This document shows, one piece after another, positions 29,910 through 42,800 of a stretch of 64,000 nt of DNA (positions are counted from its first letter, which is position 1; each line of letters opens with the position of its first letter). The notes under the pieces are model-generated. The model did no database searches and was not told the origin of the DNA. It worked only from the letters and a program-made list of their open reading frames with translations. The DNA is from Eledone cirrhosa (taxonomy: Eukaryota): assembly GCA_964016885.1 (NCBI GenBank), contig OZ024740.1, positions 170,748,001 to 170,812,000 of the forward strand. Reading direction: 5' to 3'. The translations under genes and the position numbers were made by a program.

Positions 29910-29968
29910 TAGTCAGTTCTTAGATATGCCAGCTCTGTGTTTATGGTGTTGATGGTATCAGAGCCTTG

Positions 29969-30020
<52 letters not shown>

Positions 30021-30059
30021 GATATTAATAAATGGAAACTATATTTATAAAACCATATT

Positions 30060-30124
30060 TATTTCATTATACATATTTCAAGGATACCAAGTTAAATTAT
30101 GGTATGCCTTCATCAGACAAAATA
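30060..30124 (-). ncRNA. Type I hammerhead ribozyme (mirror copy)
   Basis: Reverse complement of 30281-30345. Confidence 0.8.
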
Positions 30125-30280
30125 CAATATATATCAGTTTTACAAATAAGCATTGACGTACCCTTTCAAAATGCGACCATTACTTTTGGAGGACATCAGT
30201 CTATCCTGATGTCCTCCAAAAGTAATGGTCGCATTTTGAAAGGGTACGTCAATGCTTATTTGTAAAACTGATATATATTG

Positions 30281-30345
30281 TATTTTGTCTGATGAAGGCA
30301 TACCATAATTTAACTTGGTATCCTTGAAATATGTATAATGAAATA
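30281..30345 (+). ncRNA. Type I hammerhead ribozyme
   Basis: tattttgt-CTGATGA-aggcatacca...tggtatcctt-GAAA-tatgta-TA-atgaaata; 8-bp stem I with two G-U pairs. Confidence 0.8.
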
Positions 30346-30472
30346 AATATGGTTTTATAAATATAGTTTCCATTTATTAATATCGTATATCTACTCCAAA
30401 TACTTGTCGAGTGCTTTATATCAGTTATAAAAATATTTACTTGTTGTATCCCAACAATTTAAATAGAACTTT

Positions 30473-30531
<59 letters not shown>

Positions 30532-30572
30532 AGAGAGAGGGAGAGAGAGATGGGGGAGGGAGAGAGAGAATA

Positions 30573-30650
<78 letters not shown>

Positions 30651-30699
30651 GGGTGAGTGCACCCATTGAACTGTAGAGCACTGTAAAATTATGATTTGT

Positions 30700-31600
30700 T
30701 ATTATCCGTGTGATGCTATTATCCTGTAGGGTTGTAGAATCTAAAGGTTTTAGAACTTAATTCCTGTTTCTTATTTAGTAAAGATCCCTTACAGATCATA
30801 ATTTGGAAAATTTCCCGGGAGCATACGGGGCTTTTCATGTGTTTGCTATTGATATGGTTCGGTGCTATAAAAAGTATTCCAATCTAAGTCATATTTGATT
30901 TTCTAAAATTTACATCGGTAGACTGCCTCTGCTAATGATGTTGTATTAGCTAGTTTACTGTATCTAAAAGAGTGTGGGTTCAAATGATACCTTAAAACAT
31001 TTAGCAGTAGCTTTTATTTACGCCTAAATATAATATTTAGTTGCTAGTTTACATTTGTATACTATTAATTACATATTTTCCTTTTGGTGGGAATTCTCCC
31101 TTAACACTGTAGCTACAATTTCGGTTGATTGTGTCCAGAGGGGAATTTGTAACATGCTGGTCTCTAAAGCCAATACAGCAATCTTCTCTCCCGTTATGAT
31201 AATTCGAGTCTTTATACATTGGATTATTTGTAGGATCCATTTAAACAGTCGTATCCCTAGGGCTCGTTTTATCATTAGCCTCCTCACTGTCTTACCTATT
31301 TTTGTTATTTCTATAACTATGGCTAGTAAAATTCGATGAGGTTGTCACCTAGAATCGTGTAAATGCTTTCGTACCCTATTTTTTTGTTGAGCTATTTTCA
31401 ATTATTCTGCCAGTTGCAAGTTTTGAGATATTTGATGCATTATTTCTTTGTTGGAAATTGAGTGTAATAGAGTAGCAAAGCTTTATTGTAAATGTGTTAA
31501 AAATCCTTATATGTACAAAATACAATTGTGATTATTCAGGGCCTAGTAACTGAACGATCTGCAGTGTATTTGCTCTTTCGAACCTTCAAATATCATAATT
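30700..31600 (-). pseudogene. Decayed Penelope-like GIY-YIG endonuclease region
   Basis: Minus frames: RNCSYSVKGEFPPKGK (CNC...CPL.GKC-like), FRYSKLANTTSLAEAVY...IKYDLDWN, SLLNKKQELSSK (LLNKRSEL-like terminus). Confidence 0.65.
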
Positions 31601-31728
31601 CTAAATCAAATTGCATATACAAGAGAATAAATATAGCTTAGTTTTACAAAATGTGAATAACGGAAACTAGAGTGATATTAGTAATACATAGTAATACATA
31701 GGCAATATACATACGTGTATATAGTTAT

Positions 31729-31784
<56 letters not shown>

Positions 31785-32364
31785 ATACATATTTCAATTC
31801 ATACATATGCATGTGTACATGTACATACACAATACATATTCACATATACATAAAGACACAGACATACACACACACACACACATACACACATATATGTGTG
31901 TGTGTGTATCTGTGTTTATGTATATGCCTATATGTATGTGTGTGTGAGTTTGTGTGTGTGTATGTGTATATATACACATGCATTCATAAATACATGTTAT
32001 TCACATTCATATACATGTATGTATAAACATGTTTATATACAAGTTAACTTCAAAGAGCACAAGATAAGGAATTTGCCATATTCTCTCTCCCTATCATGAC
32101 ACGTTACTCCATTTCGTATCTTTGATATTACTTCAATGTATATCAATAATTTCGTATTTATTCATACAGCGGCTGTGCTAATGATATTTGTGCTTTTTTT
32201 GTATTTCCTGTCAATATATATTGTAGTTTGGTTAAATTCGTTGTCGTCATTGTTGTGTTGTTTTGGGGGTTTAAGGGTATTTTGGGTTTTGTTTTGTTTT
32301 TTTGTTAGATTTTGGTCAGTCCCAATCATACAGACGTATGACGAAATACGTTATATATACATAT

Positions 32365-32416
<52 letters not shown>

Positions 32417-33069
32417 TCATTGAAGTTGGTGGTTCACCACTGTATATATATCATAGACTACTTTGTTCAATGTTTCATTCTTTATTTAAGACAGTAGGGT
32501 GTGAATTGATGGAGATTTTACCTGTTATTTTTAACAGCTTAAGCGGCTACGACTGCACACAATCTCCCTAATAGCGTTGTTAGTGGTGGTAATATCGTCC
32601 TTGGAAGAATTTATGATGTCTCTAATTACAAGATAGTATGACGTTGCTAGTGTTGGTTGTGGTCGTCTATAAATGGTGACGTTTATGCAAGCAATTGTCT
32701 ATGTTTTATACAACAACGCCTCCAAAGGTATACCATGACAGTGGTAGCTGCGTATCAATAAAGCCAATCATCAATATTAGTGATCGATAGCATCAAAGTG
32801 CGGAAACATACATACATGCATGTATACATACATACATATATACATACATACATACATACATACATTCATACATACATGCATGCATGCATGCAAACATATA
32901 TACATGCATACATTGATACATACATAGCTACATAATGCATACATACATATATAAATACATACATATACACACACACATACATACATATATGCACACACAC
33001 ATACATAAATACCTACATACATACATGCATGCATACATACATACATAAATAATACTTATATACATATAT

Positions 33070-33252
33070 AATTTTTTTCTACTTTTGGCACAAGACAATT
33101 ATCCCAGTGCATTACTGGTACTTTATTTTATCGACCCCGTAAGGATGAAAGGCAAAGTTAACCTCGACGGGATTTGAACTCAAACCGTAAAGGGCAGTAA
33201 CTATGCTGCAAATCATGTTGTTCGACGCTCTACTGATACTGCCAATCCACCG
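33070..33252 (-). mobile_element. SINE, full length
   Basis: Reverse complement of the family consensus including A and B boxes. Confidence 0.85.
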
Positions 33253-33319
33253 CACTTATATACATATATAATTGCTGTCAATTAGTTAACCGAGAAAGAC
33301 CATCAAGAACAAACAATAT

Positions 33320-35530
33320 ATCTCTGGTGGCTATGAGACCCGTTGTAGCTTTTAAAGCCAGCTATGGACTTGGAAGTCTTTTTTTTTTTTGCATAAAATG
33401 GAATTCACTTCTTCCATCATTCGGCTCTTCAGTGTGATTCGGATCATGATTATATACTTCTGATTGCGTTCTATGTCTTGACTTATTCAAAGATTCTCTG
33501 CCATATGTATCACATGTCAAATTAGAAAGAAGAAATTAGTCGTATTCAATCTGTGGTCTTTCTGTGTGCTTATGCAGGTGACATGGAACGCTAGCTTTTG
33601 ACATGCAAGTTTGGCCACATCAACTGAGGTACAGAGTTCTCCATATTCTGTCCTCTTATAGCTGCACGCTCAATGTTAGCCTTTTCAGAAGCAGATTCCT
33701 GAAAAAAGTCTTTCACCATTAGATATAGCAGTACGACAAATGTTTCTATCTAATGGCATTACCTCCTAGCACTATGGGTCAATGTTGCCCTGTGTTAAGG
33801 AATTTTTCACATAATCCTTGAAACGCAGTTGTATACTGCAATTTGGATCTCTTTTCTAATCCCTTTCTGGCTCCAAAGGCGTACCCCAAGACTTGCGAAA
33901 GAATCAGTTGCTTTTTTTGATACGGGTGACTATTTCATCATCTAATGAGCAATACTGTTTAATTGTACTTCCCAGATATGGAAATTTGTGGACTGCTTTG
34001 TGTTTCTGTCCATCTACATGAATGGATGGTTCTATGGAGATTCCGGAGCAAGTTGAAACATTACCACTGTTTTATCGAGGCTAATGGCTAATCCAAAGGC
34101 TTTACATGTACAAGATAGTCTATTAATGAGGTTTGGAATATCTGAATGATACGCAATTAGATCTCAGTCATCAGCTCAAAGAAGATCGGTAGCGAGAGGT
34201 TGGAGGACTTTAACCTTTGCAGCAAAATGTTTGATGTTGAAAGGCTTTCTTGATGAGCGATACCTGATTAGGATGTCTTCATTACAGTTCCTAAATGTAT
34301 CAATGAGAACCACGAAGAAATTGATAGAGAAAAGAGTAGGTACCATGAGATCGAACTTTGATTGGCTCTAAAATGATACCAACAATAATTACCCACGTCT
34401 CCATGAAAAGATTTGATTATATTAACAAAGTGTTCCAGGCATCCTAATCTGACAAGGATCTCCCACAGAGCAGCTCTGTTCACCGAATCAAATGCTCTTG
34501 TTAAATTCACGAACACCTGATGCAGGTCCTATTGCTATCTGTAACATTTTTCTTGAATTTGAGGTGCTGCAAAGATCAATCTATTTTTTTATTTGTGGGT
34601 GGGGGAGGTCTAAAATCCACATTGTGATTCTAGTAAGATCAGGATTGATATATTATTATTTAGACTTGAAAGCATGAGGAAATACACGTAAGAGCTATTC
34701 CTCTATAATTTCCGCGTTCGCTCTGCTGGCCTTTGTTATTAATGCTGCATCTCTTCACCCTCTCGCCATATTTCATGCATGATTTCTCTTAGCCTTTCCC
34801 TGCCATATCTGAAAATCTCTGAGAATAATCCATCCTTTCCTCCAACTTTACCTAAGTTAATCTTTATAATTCTGATATATACTTCTTCAAATCAGCTGCC
34901 ACGCATGTTTTGACCACCAAACTGGACATCATCCGAAACCTTTTTTTACGACTCGTAAAATGTCTTTTAGTTGACATCGTCTTTCCTTGACAAGCATATT
35001 TCCACACATGCACCCTGATGACATTTTTCTTTTAAAATATTGCTTTTATCTCCTGATCATTTTGAAAAAACAATCCCTATTTTTTACTGCAGTAGGTCCA
35101 AGAGTTGTAAAGTTCCTCTCTGGCTGCAGCCCCAAAATAGGTGTCATTAATGGTAGTAATACATTCATGAAAAGCAACTTGAATTTGTGATGATCTCAGT
35201 TTACTGACATCAAGGCGTTTGAGATGCTTAATGGTGTTATGATTTCTTTTCTTACTAAATGCAATTTTGCTCTTACTAACAAGTCAAGCACTCGTATATA
35301 AAACTTAGCAAGGTTTCGGCCAATAATGGCACAGGCCATATTTTACAATATAATCATATTCCATATCAAAGCATATTTTGGACATCATAACCCATTCGAA
35401 TAGGGAGATGTTGACGGCAGAAATACATTTGTCTGGAATTTCTTGGAGGAACTATTCCATCAACAATTATAATATTATGGAACCATATTCCTTCTTGGTT
35501 TCTTTCGTTGTGTTGTAAAGGATAGCAAGA
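33320..35530 (-). mobile_element. Decayed RTE-clade LINE (RT region)
   Basis: FVNLTRAFDSVNRAALWEILVRLGC..HFVNIIKSFH; KAFGLAISLDKTVVM; VHKFPYLGS...SLDDEIVTRIKK; interrupted near 34530-34680. Confidence 0.8.
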
Positions 35531-35583
35531 ACAATAGATGCGAAATAGCTCCCACCCACCTCTCTCTCTCTCTCTCTCTCTCT

Positions 35584-35626
<43 letters not shown>

Positions 35627-35685
35627 ATTTATATTTATATTTATATATATATACATGTGTGTGTGTGCAGGTGTGTGTGTGTCTT

Positions 35686-35716
<31 letters not shown>

Positions 35717-35730
35717 CATATATGTATGTG

Positions 35731-35762
<32 letters not shown>

Positions 35763-35780
35763 TTCGTTATATATATAATA

Positions 35781-35838
<58 letters not shown>

Positions 35839-36269
35839 ATGGGGTTGACGGCTGAGAGAAAAGTGTACTCAACCACCGAAGTAGAGTTTAATATTCATTT
35901 TATTAAGGCTAAATAGTGAGTCTTGTTACTCTGGAATTTCGCCTGTTTATCAAAGGGTCATCAACTGTATAAATATATATATATGTAGATAAATCTACCA
36001 AAATATACGGTAGTGTCCAATCCGTATGAAGAACTCAATGTAATTCAAATATCATGAAAAGAGAAGATGTATTCAAAATGTTTTCAATGAAAAATTATTT
36101 CTGAATATGTGTAGGTATGTATATTCCCCCTGATAGTTTGTAAAACTTTTACATAGATCTATATGATATACATACCAACACACACATATATATCCTAGAA
36201 ACGATCGTAAAATGATGAATTTTTTAATATAAGGAACTGTTTCTTTGTTTTTATTCATTATTTTTATTA

Positions 36270-36334
<65 letters not shown>

Positions 36335-36660
36335 TTAAAATAACGCTCTACGGTTCTTATATATTTGATATATATTTATCCTTATCGAGCCCTCTTTGCA
36401 TTTTAGTCTTCAAATTTATTATTATTACTATATATATATATATATATATGCACAAAGTAAAAAGAAACAACAAGGCAAACAACACAGAGCAATGAAAGAG
36501 TAAATTAGTTTAGCACTCTATATATGTAGCTAATAGATACATACCAATATACACACACGTATGTTTGTAGATAAATAAATGTGTGTGTGTGTGTGTGTGT
36601 TGTGTGTGTGTGCATATATATATATATCTATTTATACATTTATAATATATGTATACATAC

Positions 36661-36898
36661 ATGGTGGCTGCCAACTCGTTTTCGTGTACGGCCACTACTT
36701 TATATCCATGTAGGAGAACCCCTACCGATGCGCTGAACGAGTGTGACTTTTTAGTCCAGCCAGCGACTTGAAAACTCTGGTACAAACACTACACTTGTGA
36801 CAAATATTGACACATAGCGCTGGGCCCATGGTACCATGTGATGACAAGTGCAGAGAGATCTCCAGATATAAAGCAATGCCTGTGCCGTGAAGCTTTTA
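36661..36898 (-). mobile_element. 5'-truncated copy of the RTE-derived element
   Basis: Near-identical to 23833-24070; flanked by (TACA)n. Confidence 0.8.
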
Positions 36899-37352
36899 TA
36901 CACACATACATACATACATAATACATACATACATGCACACATACATACATACATACATACATACATACATACATACATACATACATACATACATACATAC
37001 ATACATACATACAAATGTATGTATATATGCTCCATAATATCAGATAATTTCTATTTTTGTTTAATTTATCATTCTCCTTCGCATTCTGTACTATTTTTGT
37101 CTCCTACATCATCCTATAAAATACTTCAGAAAAGTGTTTAACTACCTTGTTAGACCCTGAATAAACTCTGAATAGTGCTGCCAATAGGGATAGAAATTGT
37201 TTATGTCTATTTTGACTGTTGGTGACCACAGACCTGTCTGGCCTGTTAATGTTATAACGGTGTCTCACCTTCATACTAATTTGTCCCTTATTCGTCCGTT
37301 CCTATACTTCTGTCCGTATCTATTGATATTTTTGATATATATACACACACAC

Positions 37353-37448
<96 letters not shown>

Positions 37449-37464
37449 CATGTATGTATATATG

Positions 37465-37512
<48 letters not shown>

Positions 37513-37562
37513 ATATATGATATATATATATATATACTTTCCTCCTGTCTCTCGCCTTCACT

Positions 37563-37637
<75 letters not shown>

Positions 37638-38059
37638 AAAAAGAGAGAGAGGGAGAGAGAGAGAAAGAATACTCACGCGCCCGCGCGCGCTCATATCTAC
37701 CTCAGGATCTTAAAATAAACCAACATCATTAAAATGTAACGCAATCAGTTTGTAAATTTGTAGATAAGTAAAACGAACATTCTAGATGGGGCCGAAGAAG
37801 ATGATTCGTTGATAAAGAGTGGATCTAACTACTGAAGGCCGGCCTCTACAAATTAGGTGCATGCGTAGGCGATATATGAAGTGAAATTGTTGCTATGTGA
37901 AGCAATTTAATTTATTAAGGAAAGAAGACGGTGATAGTTGGAGAAGGTTTATTAATTCGTACATGTTTTGGTAGATAGTAACCCGTATTTCGTCCTTCCT
38001 CTCTTTCCCTGGACCAAATACCCGTCCACAATATAGTACATACAAGTAAATTATAGTTG

Positions 38060-38374
38060 CTAATGTTGTTGTAGTTAATGTTGTTATTACTGTTGTTAAT
38101 ATTGTTATAGTTGCTTTTGTTGTTATTGTTGTTGAAGTTGTCGTTATCGTCGTTGTAGTTGTAGCAGTTGTTCTGTTTCCGTTGTCGTTATTGTTGTTGT
38201 TGTGTCTGTTTGTTTGTTTTTTTTGTCGTTATTGTTGTTGTTGTGTCTGTTGTTGTTGTTGTCGTTATTGTTGTTGTGTTTGTTGTTGTTTTTTGTCGTT
38301 ATTGTTGTCTCTCTGGTTGTGTCTTCTGTTGTTTTTGTCGTTGTTGTGTTTGTTATTGTTGTTGCCGTTATTGC

Positions 38375-38429
<55 letters not shown>

Positions 38430-39680
38430 ATCGTTGTTGTTGCAGTTGTTGTTGTTGTAAGTGGTAGTAGTACTAGTTAATGGCGGTGGCGAGGGTACTA
38501 TTGTTGTTATTGTTGTTATTGGTGGTAGTAGTACTAGTTAATGGCGGTGGCGAGGGTACTATTGTTGTTATTGTTGTTATTGGTAAGGCGGTGGCGTGGC
38601 AGTATCGGTAGAGGGTCGGACATCATGCTCTGCAGCATAGAGTTACGGCCCTTTGTAGTCTCAATTTAAATCCCGCCGAGGTTAACTTTGCCTTTCAACC
38701 TTACAAGGTCGATACAATAAAGTACCAGTAACGTACTGGAGTCGAATTAATCGACTTCCCCCTCCCCTAAATTAATGGCCTTGTGCCTATACTAGAAATC
38801 ATAGTTATTATTGGTGTTCGATTTGTTATTGATGTTGATGGTGTTGGGTGGTTAAACATGTTATAGTGACTCGTTGTTTGTTTGGTTGTTGTTATTGTTA
38901 TTGTTATTGTTGTTGCTACAGTTGTTGTTGTGTTGATGATATTGTCAATATTGTTGTTGTTATTGTTGTTGTTGTAACTGTTGTTATTGTTATTGTTGTT
39001 GTTATTGTTGTTATTGTTGTTGTTATTGTTGTTATTGTTATTGTTGTTGTTATTGTTGTTATTGTTGTTGTTATTGTTGTTATTGTTGTTATTGTTATTG
39101 TTGTTGTTATTGTTGTTATTGTTATCGTTGTTGTTATTGTTGTTATTGTTATTGTTGTTGTTATTGTTGTTATTGTTGTTGTTATTGTTGTTATTGTTAT
39201 TGTTGTTGTTATTGTTGTTATTGTTATTGTTTTTGCAACTGTTGTTATTGTTATTGTTGTTATTGTTATTGTTGTTGTAACTGTTGTTATTGTTATTGTT
39301 GTTGTTATTGTTGTTATTGTTGTTGTTATTGTTGTTGTTATTGTTGTTATTGTTGTTGTTATTGTTGTTGTTATTGTTGTTATTGTTATTGTTGTTGTTG
39401 TTGTTGTTGTTATTGTTATTGTTGTTGTAACTGTTGTTATTGTTATTGTTGCTACAGTTGTTGTTGTGTTGATGATATTGTCAATATTGTTGTTGTTATT
39501 GTTGTTGTAATTGTTGTTGCTATTGTTGTTGCTATTGTTGTTGTAATTGTTGTTGTTATTGTTGTTGTAATTGTTGTTGCTATTGTTGTTGCTATTGTTG
39601 TTGTAATTGTTGTTGTTATTGTTGTTGTAATTGTTGTTGCTATTGTTGTTGTTATTGTTGTTGTAATTGTTGTTGCTATT
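38060..39680. repeat. Long (GTT/ATT)n trinucleotide arrays, interrupted by a SINE
   Basis: Direct inspection; internal duplications at 38461-38583 and near 38915/39450. Confidence 0.9.
38587..38810 (+). mobile_element. SINE, full length
   Basis: ggcggtggcgtggcagtatcggtagagg...tttaaatcccgccgagg...ggccttgtgcctatactagaaatc. Confidence 0.8.
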
Positions 39681-39873
39681 GGCTGCAGCAGAATGTGTTC
39701 CACTGTTGCTATGGTGAATGTCATCGTAATAAATGTTAGAGTATTGGGAATATTTATTTCACTTATATTTTAGCCCCACTTTGAAGATTGGAAAGAAAAA
39801 CTGCGACCAAATCTCATTCAAGGTTTCGTCATTACAAATATTTCAGCAAGGTCTGAAGGGTAGGGGTCATAGA

Positions 39874-42800
39874 TGGTGTGGTGTGGTGTAGTGTAGTGTG
39901 GTGTAGTGTAGTGGAGTGTAGTGTAGTGTAGTGTAGTGTAGTGTAGTGTAGTGTAGTGTAGTGGAGTGGAGTGTAGTGTAGTGTAGTGTGGTGGAGTGTA
40001 GTGTAGTGTAGTGTAGTGTGGTGTGGTGTGGTGTAGTGTAGTGTAGTGTAGTGTGGTGTGGTGTGGTGTGGTGTTGTGTGGTGTGGTGTGGTGTGATGTG
40101 GTGTGGTGTGGTGTGGTGTGGTGTGGTGTGGTGTGGTGTGGTGTGATGTGGTGTGGAGTGGTGTGGTGGACTGTGGTGTGGTATTGTGTGTTGCACTGTG
40201 GTGGACTGTGGTGTGGGGTAGTATGGTGTGGTGTAGTGTAGTGTAGTGTGGTGTGGTGTGGTGTGGTGTGGTGGACTGTGGTGTGGTATTGTGTGTTGGA
40301 CTGTGGTGGATTGTGGTGTGGGGTAGTGTGGTGGAGTGTAGTGTAGTGTGGTGTGGTGTGGTGTGGTGTAGTGTAGTGTAGTGTAGTGTAGTGTAGTGTA
40401 GTGTAGTGTGGTGTGGTGTGGTGTGGTGTGGTGTGGTGTGGTGTGGTGTGTGGTGTGTGGTGTGGAGTGGTGTGGTGGACTGTGGTGTGGTATTGTGTGT
40501 TGGACTGTGGTGGACTGTGGTGTGGAGTAGTGTGGTGTCGTGTCGTGTGGTGTGGTGTGGGGTAGTGTGGTGTGGTGTGGTGTGGTGTGGAGTGGTGTGG
40601 TGTGGTGTGGAGTGGAGGACTGTGGTGTGGTATTGTGTGTTGGACTGTGGTGGACTGTGGTGTGGGGTAGTGTGGTGTGGTGTGGTGTGGTGTAGTGTAG
40701 TGTGGTGTTGTGTGGTGTGGTGTGGTGTGGTGTGGTGTGGTGTGGTGTGGTGGACTGTGGTGTAGTATTGTGTTGGACTGTGGTGTGGTGTGGTGTGGTG
40801 TGGTGTGGTGTGGTGTAGTGTGGTGTGGTGCGGTGTAGTGTGGAGTGGTGTGGTGTGGTGTGGAGTGGAGGACTGTGGTGTGGTATTGTGTGTTGGACTG
40901 TGGTGGACTGTGGTGTGGGGTAGTGTGGTGTGGTGTCGTGTGGTGTGGTGTGGGGTAGTGTGGTGTGGTGTGGTGTGGTGTGGAGTGGTGTGGTGTGGTG
41001 TGGAGTGGAGGACTGTGGTGTGGTATTGTGTGTTGGACTGTGGTGGACTGTGGTGTGGGGTAGTGTGGTGTGGTGTGGTGTGGTGTGGTGTGGGGTAGTG
41101 TGGTGTGGTGTGGGGTAGTGTGGTGTGGTGTGGTGTGGTGTGGTGTGGTGTGGGGTAGTGTGGTGTGGTGTGGTGTGGTGTGGAGTGGTGTGGTGTGGTG
41201 TGGAGTGGAGGACTGTGGTGTGGTATTGTGTGTTGGACTGTGGTGGACTGTGGTGTGGGGTAGTGTGGTGTGGTGTGGTGTGGTGTAGTGTAGTGTAGTG
41301 TGGTGTTGTGTGGTGTGGTGTGGTGTGGTGTGGTGTGGTGTGGTGTGGTGTGGTGTGGTGGACTGTGGTGTAGTATTGTGTTGGACTGTGGTGTGGTGTG
41401 GTGTGGTGTGGTGTGGTGTGGTGTAGTGTGGTGTGGTGCGGTGTAGTGTGGAGTGGTGTGGTGTGGTGTGGAGTGGAGGACTATGGTGTGGTATTGTGTG
41501 TTGGACTGTGGTGTGGTGTGGGGTAGTGTGGTGTGGTGTGGTGTGGTGTGGTGTGGGGTAGTGTGGTGTGGTGTGGTGTGGAGTGGTGTGGTGTGGTGTG
41601 GAGTGGTGTGGTGTGGAGTGGTGTGGTGTGGGGTAGTGTGGTGTGGTGTGGTGTGGAGTGGTGTGGTGTGGTGTGGTGTGGTGTGGTGTGGAGTGGTGTG
41701 GTGTGGTGTAGTGTGGTGTGGTGTGGAGTGGAGGAATGTGGTGTGGTATTGTGTGTTGGACTGTGGTGTGGTGTGGTAGTGTGGTGTGGTGTGGTGTGGT
41801 GTAGTGTGGTGTGGTGTGGTGTGGTGTAGTGTGGTGTGGTGTGGAGTGGAGGAATGTGGTGTGGTATTGTGTGTTGGACTGTGGTGTGGTGTGGTGTGGT
41901 AGTGTGGTGTGGTGTGGTGTGGTGTAGTGTGGTGTGGTGTGGTGTGGAGTGGTGTGGTGTGGTCGACTGTGGTGTGGTGTGGTGTGATGTGGTGTAGTGG
42001 GGTGGGGTGGATTGTGGTGTGTTGTGGTGGACTTTGGTGTGGTGTGGTGTGGTGTGGTGTGGTGTGGTGTGGTGTGGTGTGGTGGATTGGGGTGTGTTGT
42101 GGTGGACTGTGGTGTGGTGTGGTCGACTGTGGTGTGGTGTGATGTGGTGTGATGTGGTGTGATGTGGTCTGTGTTGTGGTGTGGTCGACTGTGGTGTGGT
42201 GTGGTGTGGTGTGATGTGGTGTGATGTGGTCTGTGTTGTGGTGTGGTGTGGTGTGGGGGAATGTAGTGTGATGTGGTGTGGTGTGGTGTGGTATGGTGTG
42301 GTATGGTGTGGTGTGGGGTGTGGTGGACTGTGCTGAGGTGGACTGTGGTGTGGTGTGGTGTTGAATGGTGTGATGTGGTCTGTGGTGTGGTGTGGTATGG
42401 TGTGGTGTGGTGTGCTGTGGTGTGGTGGACTGTGGTGTGGTGTGGTGTGGTGGACTGTGGTGTGGTGTGGTGGGGTGGATTGTGGTGTGTTGTGGTGGAC
42501 TGGACTGTGGTGTGGTGTGGTGTGGTATGGTGGACTGTGGTGTGGTGTGGTGGACTGTGGTGTGGTGTGGTGTGGTTTGGTGGACTGTGGTGTGGTGTGG
42601 TGGACTGTGGTGTGGTGTGGTGTGGTGTGGTGTGGTGTGGTGTGGTGTGGTGTGGTGTGGTGTGGTGTGGTGTGGTGTGGTGTGGTGGACTGTGGTGTGG
42701 TGTGGTGTGGTTTGGTGTGGTGTGGTGTGGTGTGATGGACTGTGGTGTGGTGTGGTGTGGTGTGATGTGGTGTGGTGTGGTGTGATGTGGTGGACTGTGG

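Larger units (their letters stand above)
30015..30390. repeat. Perfect palindrome, 185-bp arms with 6-nt loop, made of an HHR-bearing pLTR-like sequence
   Basis: Arms 30015-30199 and 30206-30390; the ORF track gives the same peptide on both strands except at the loop. Confidence 0.9.

Noticed and set aside
35915-35970. HHR-like motif on the minus strand (TTGATGA...GAAA)
   Set aside because: Core substitution and no convincing stems I or III
38848-39724. Poly-Val/Ile, poly-Leu and poly-Thr ORFs
   Set aside because: Translations of (GTT/ATT)n
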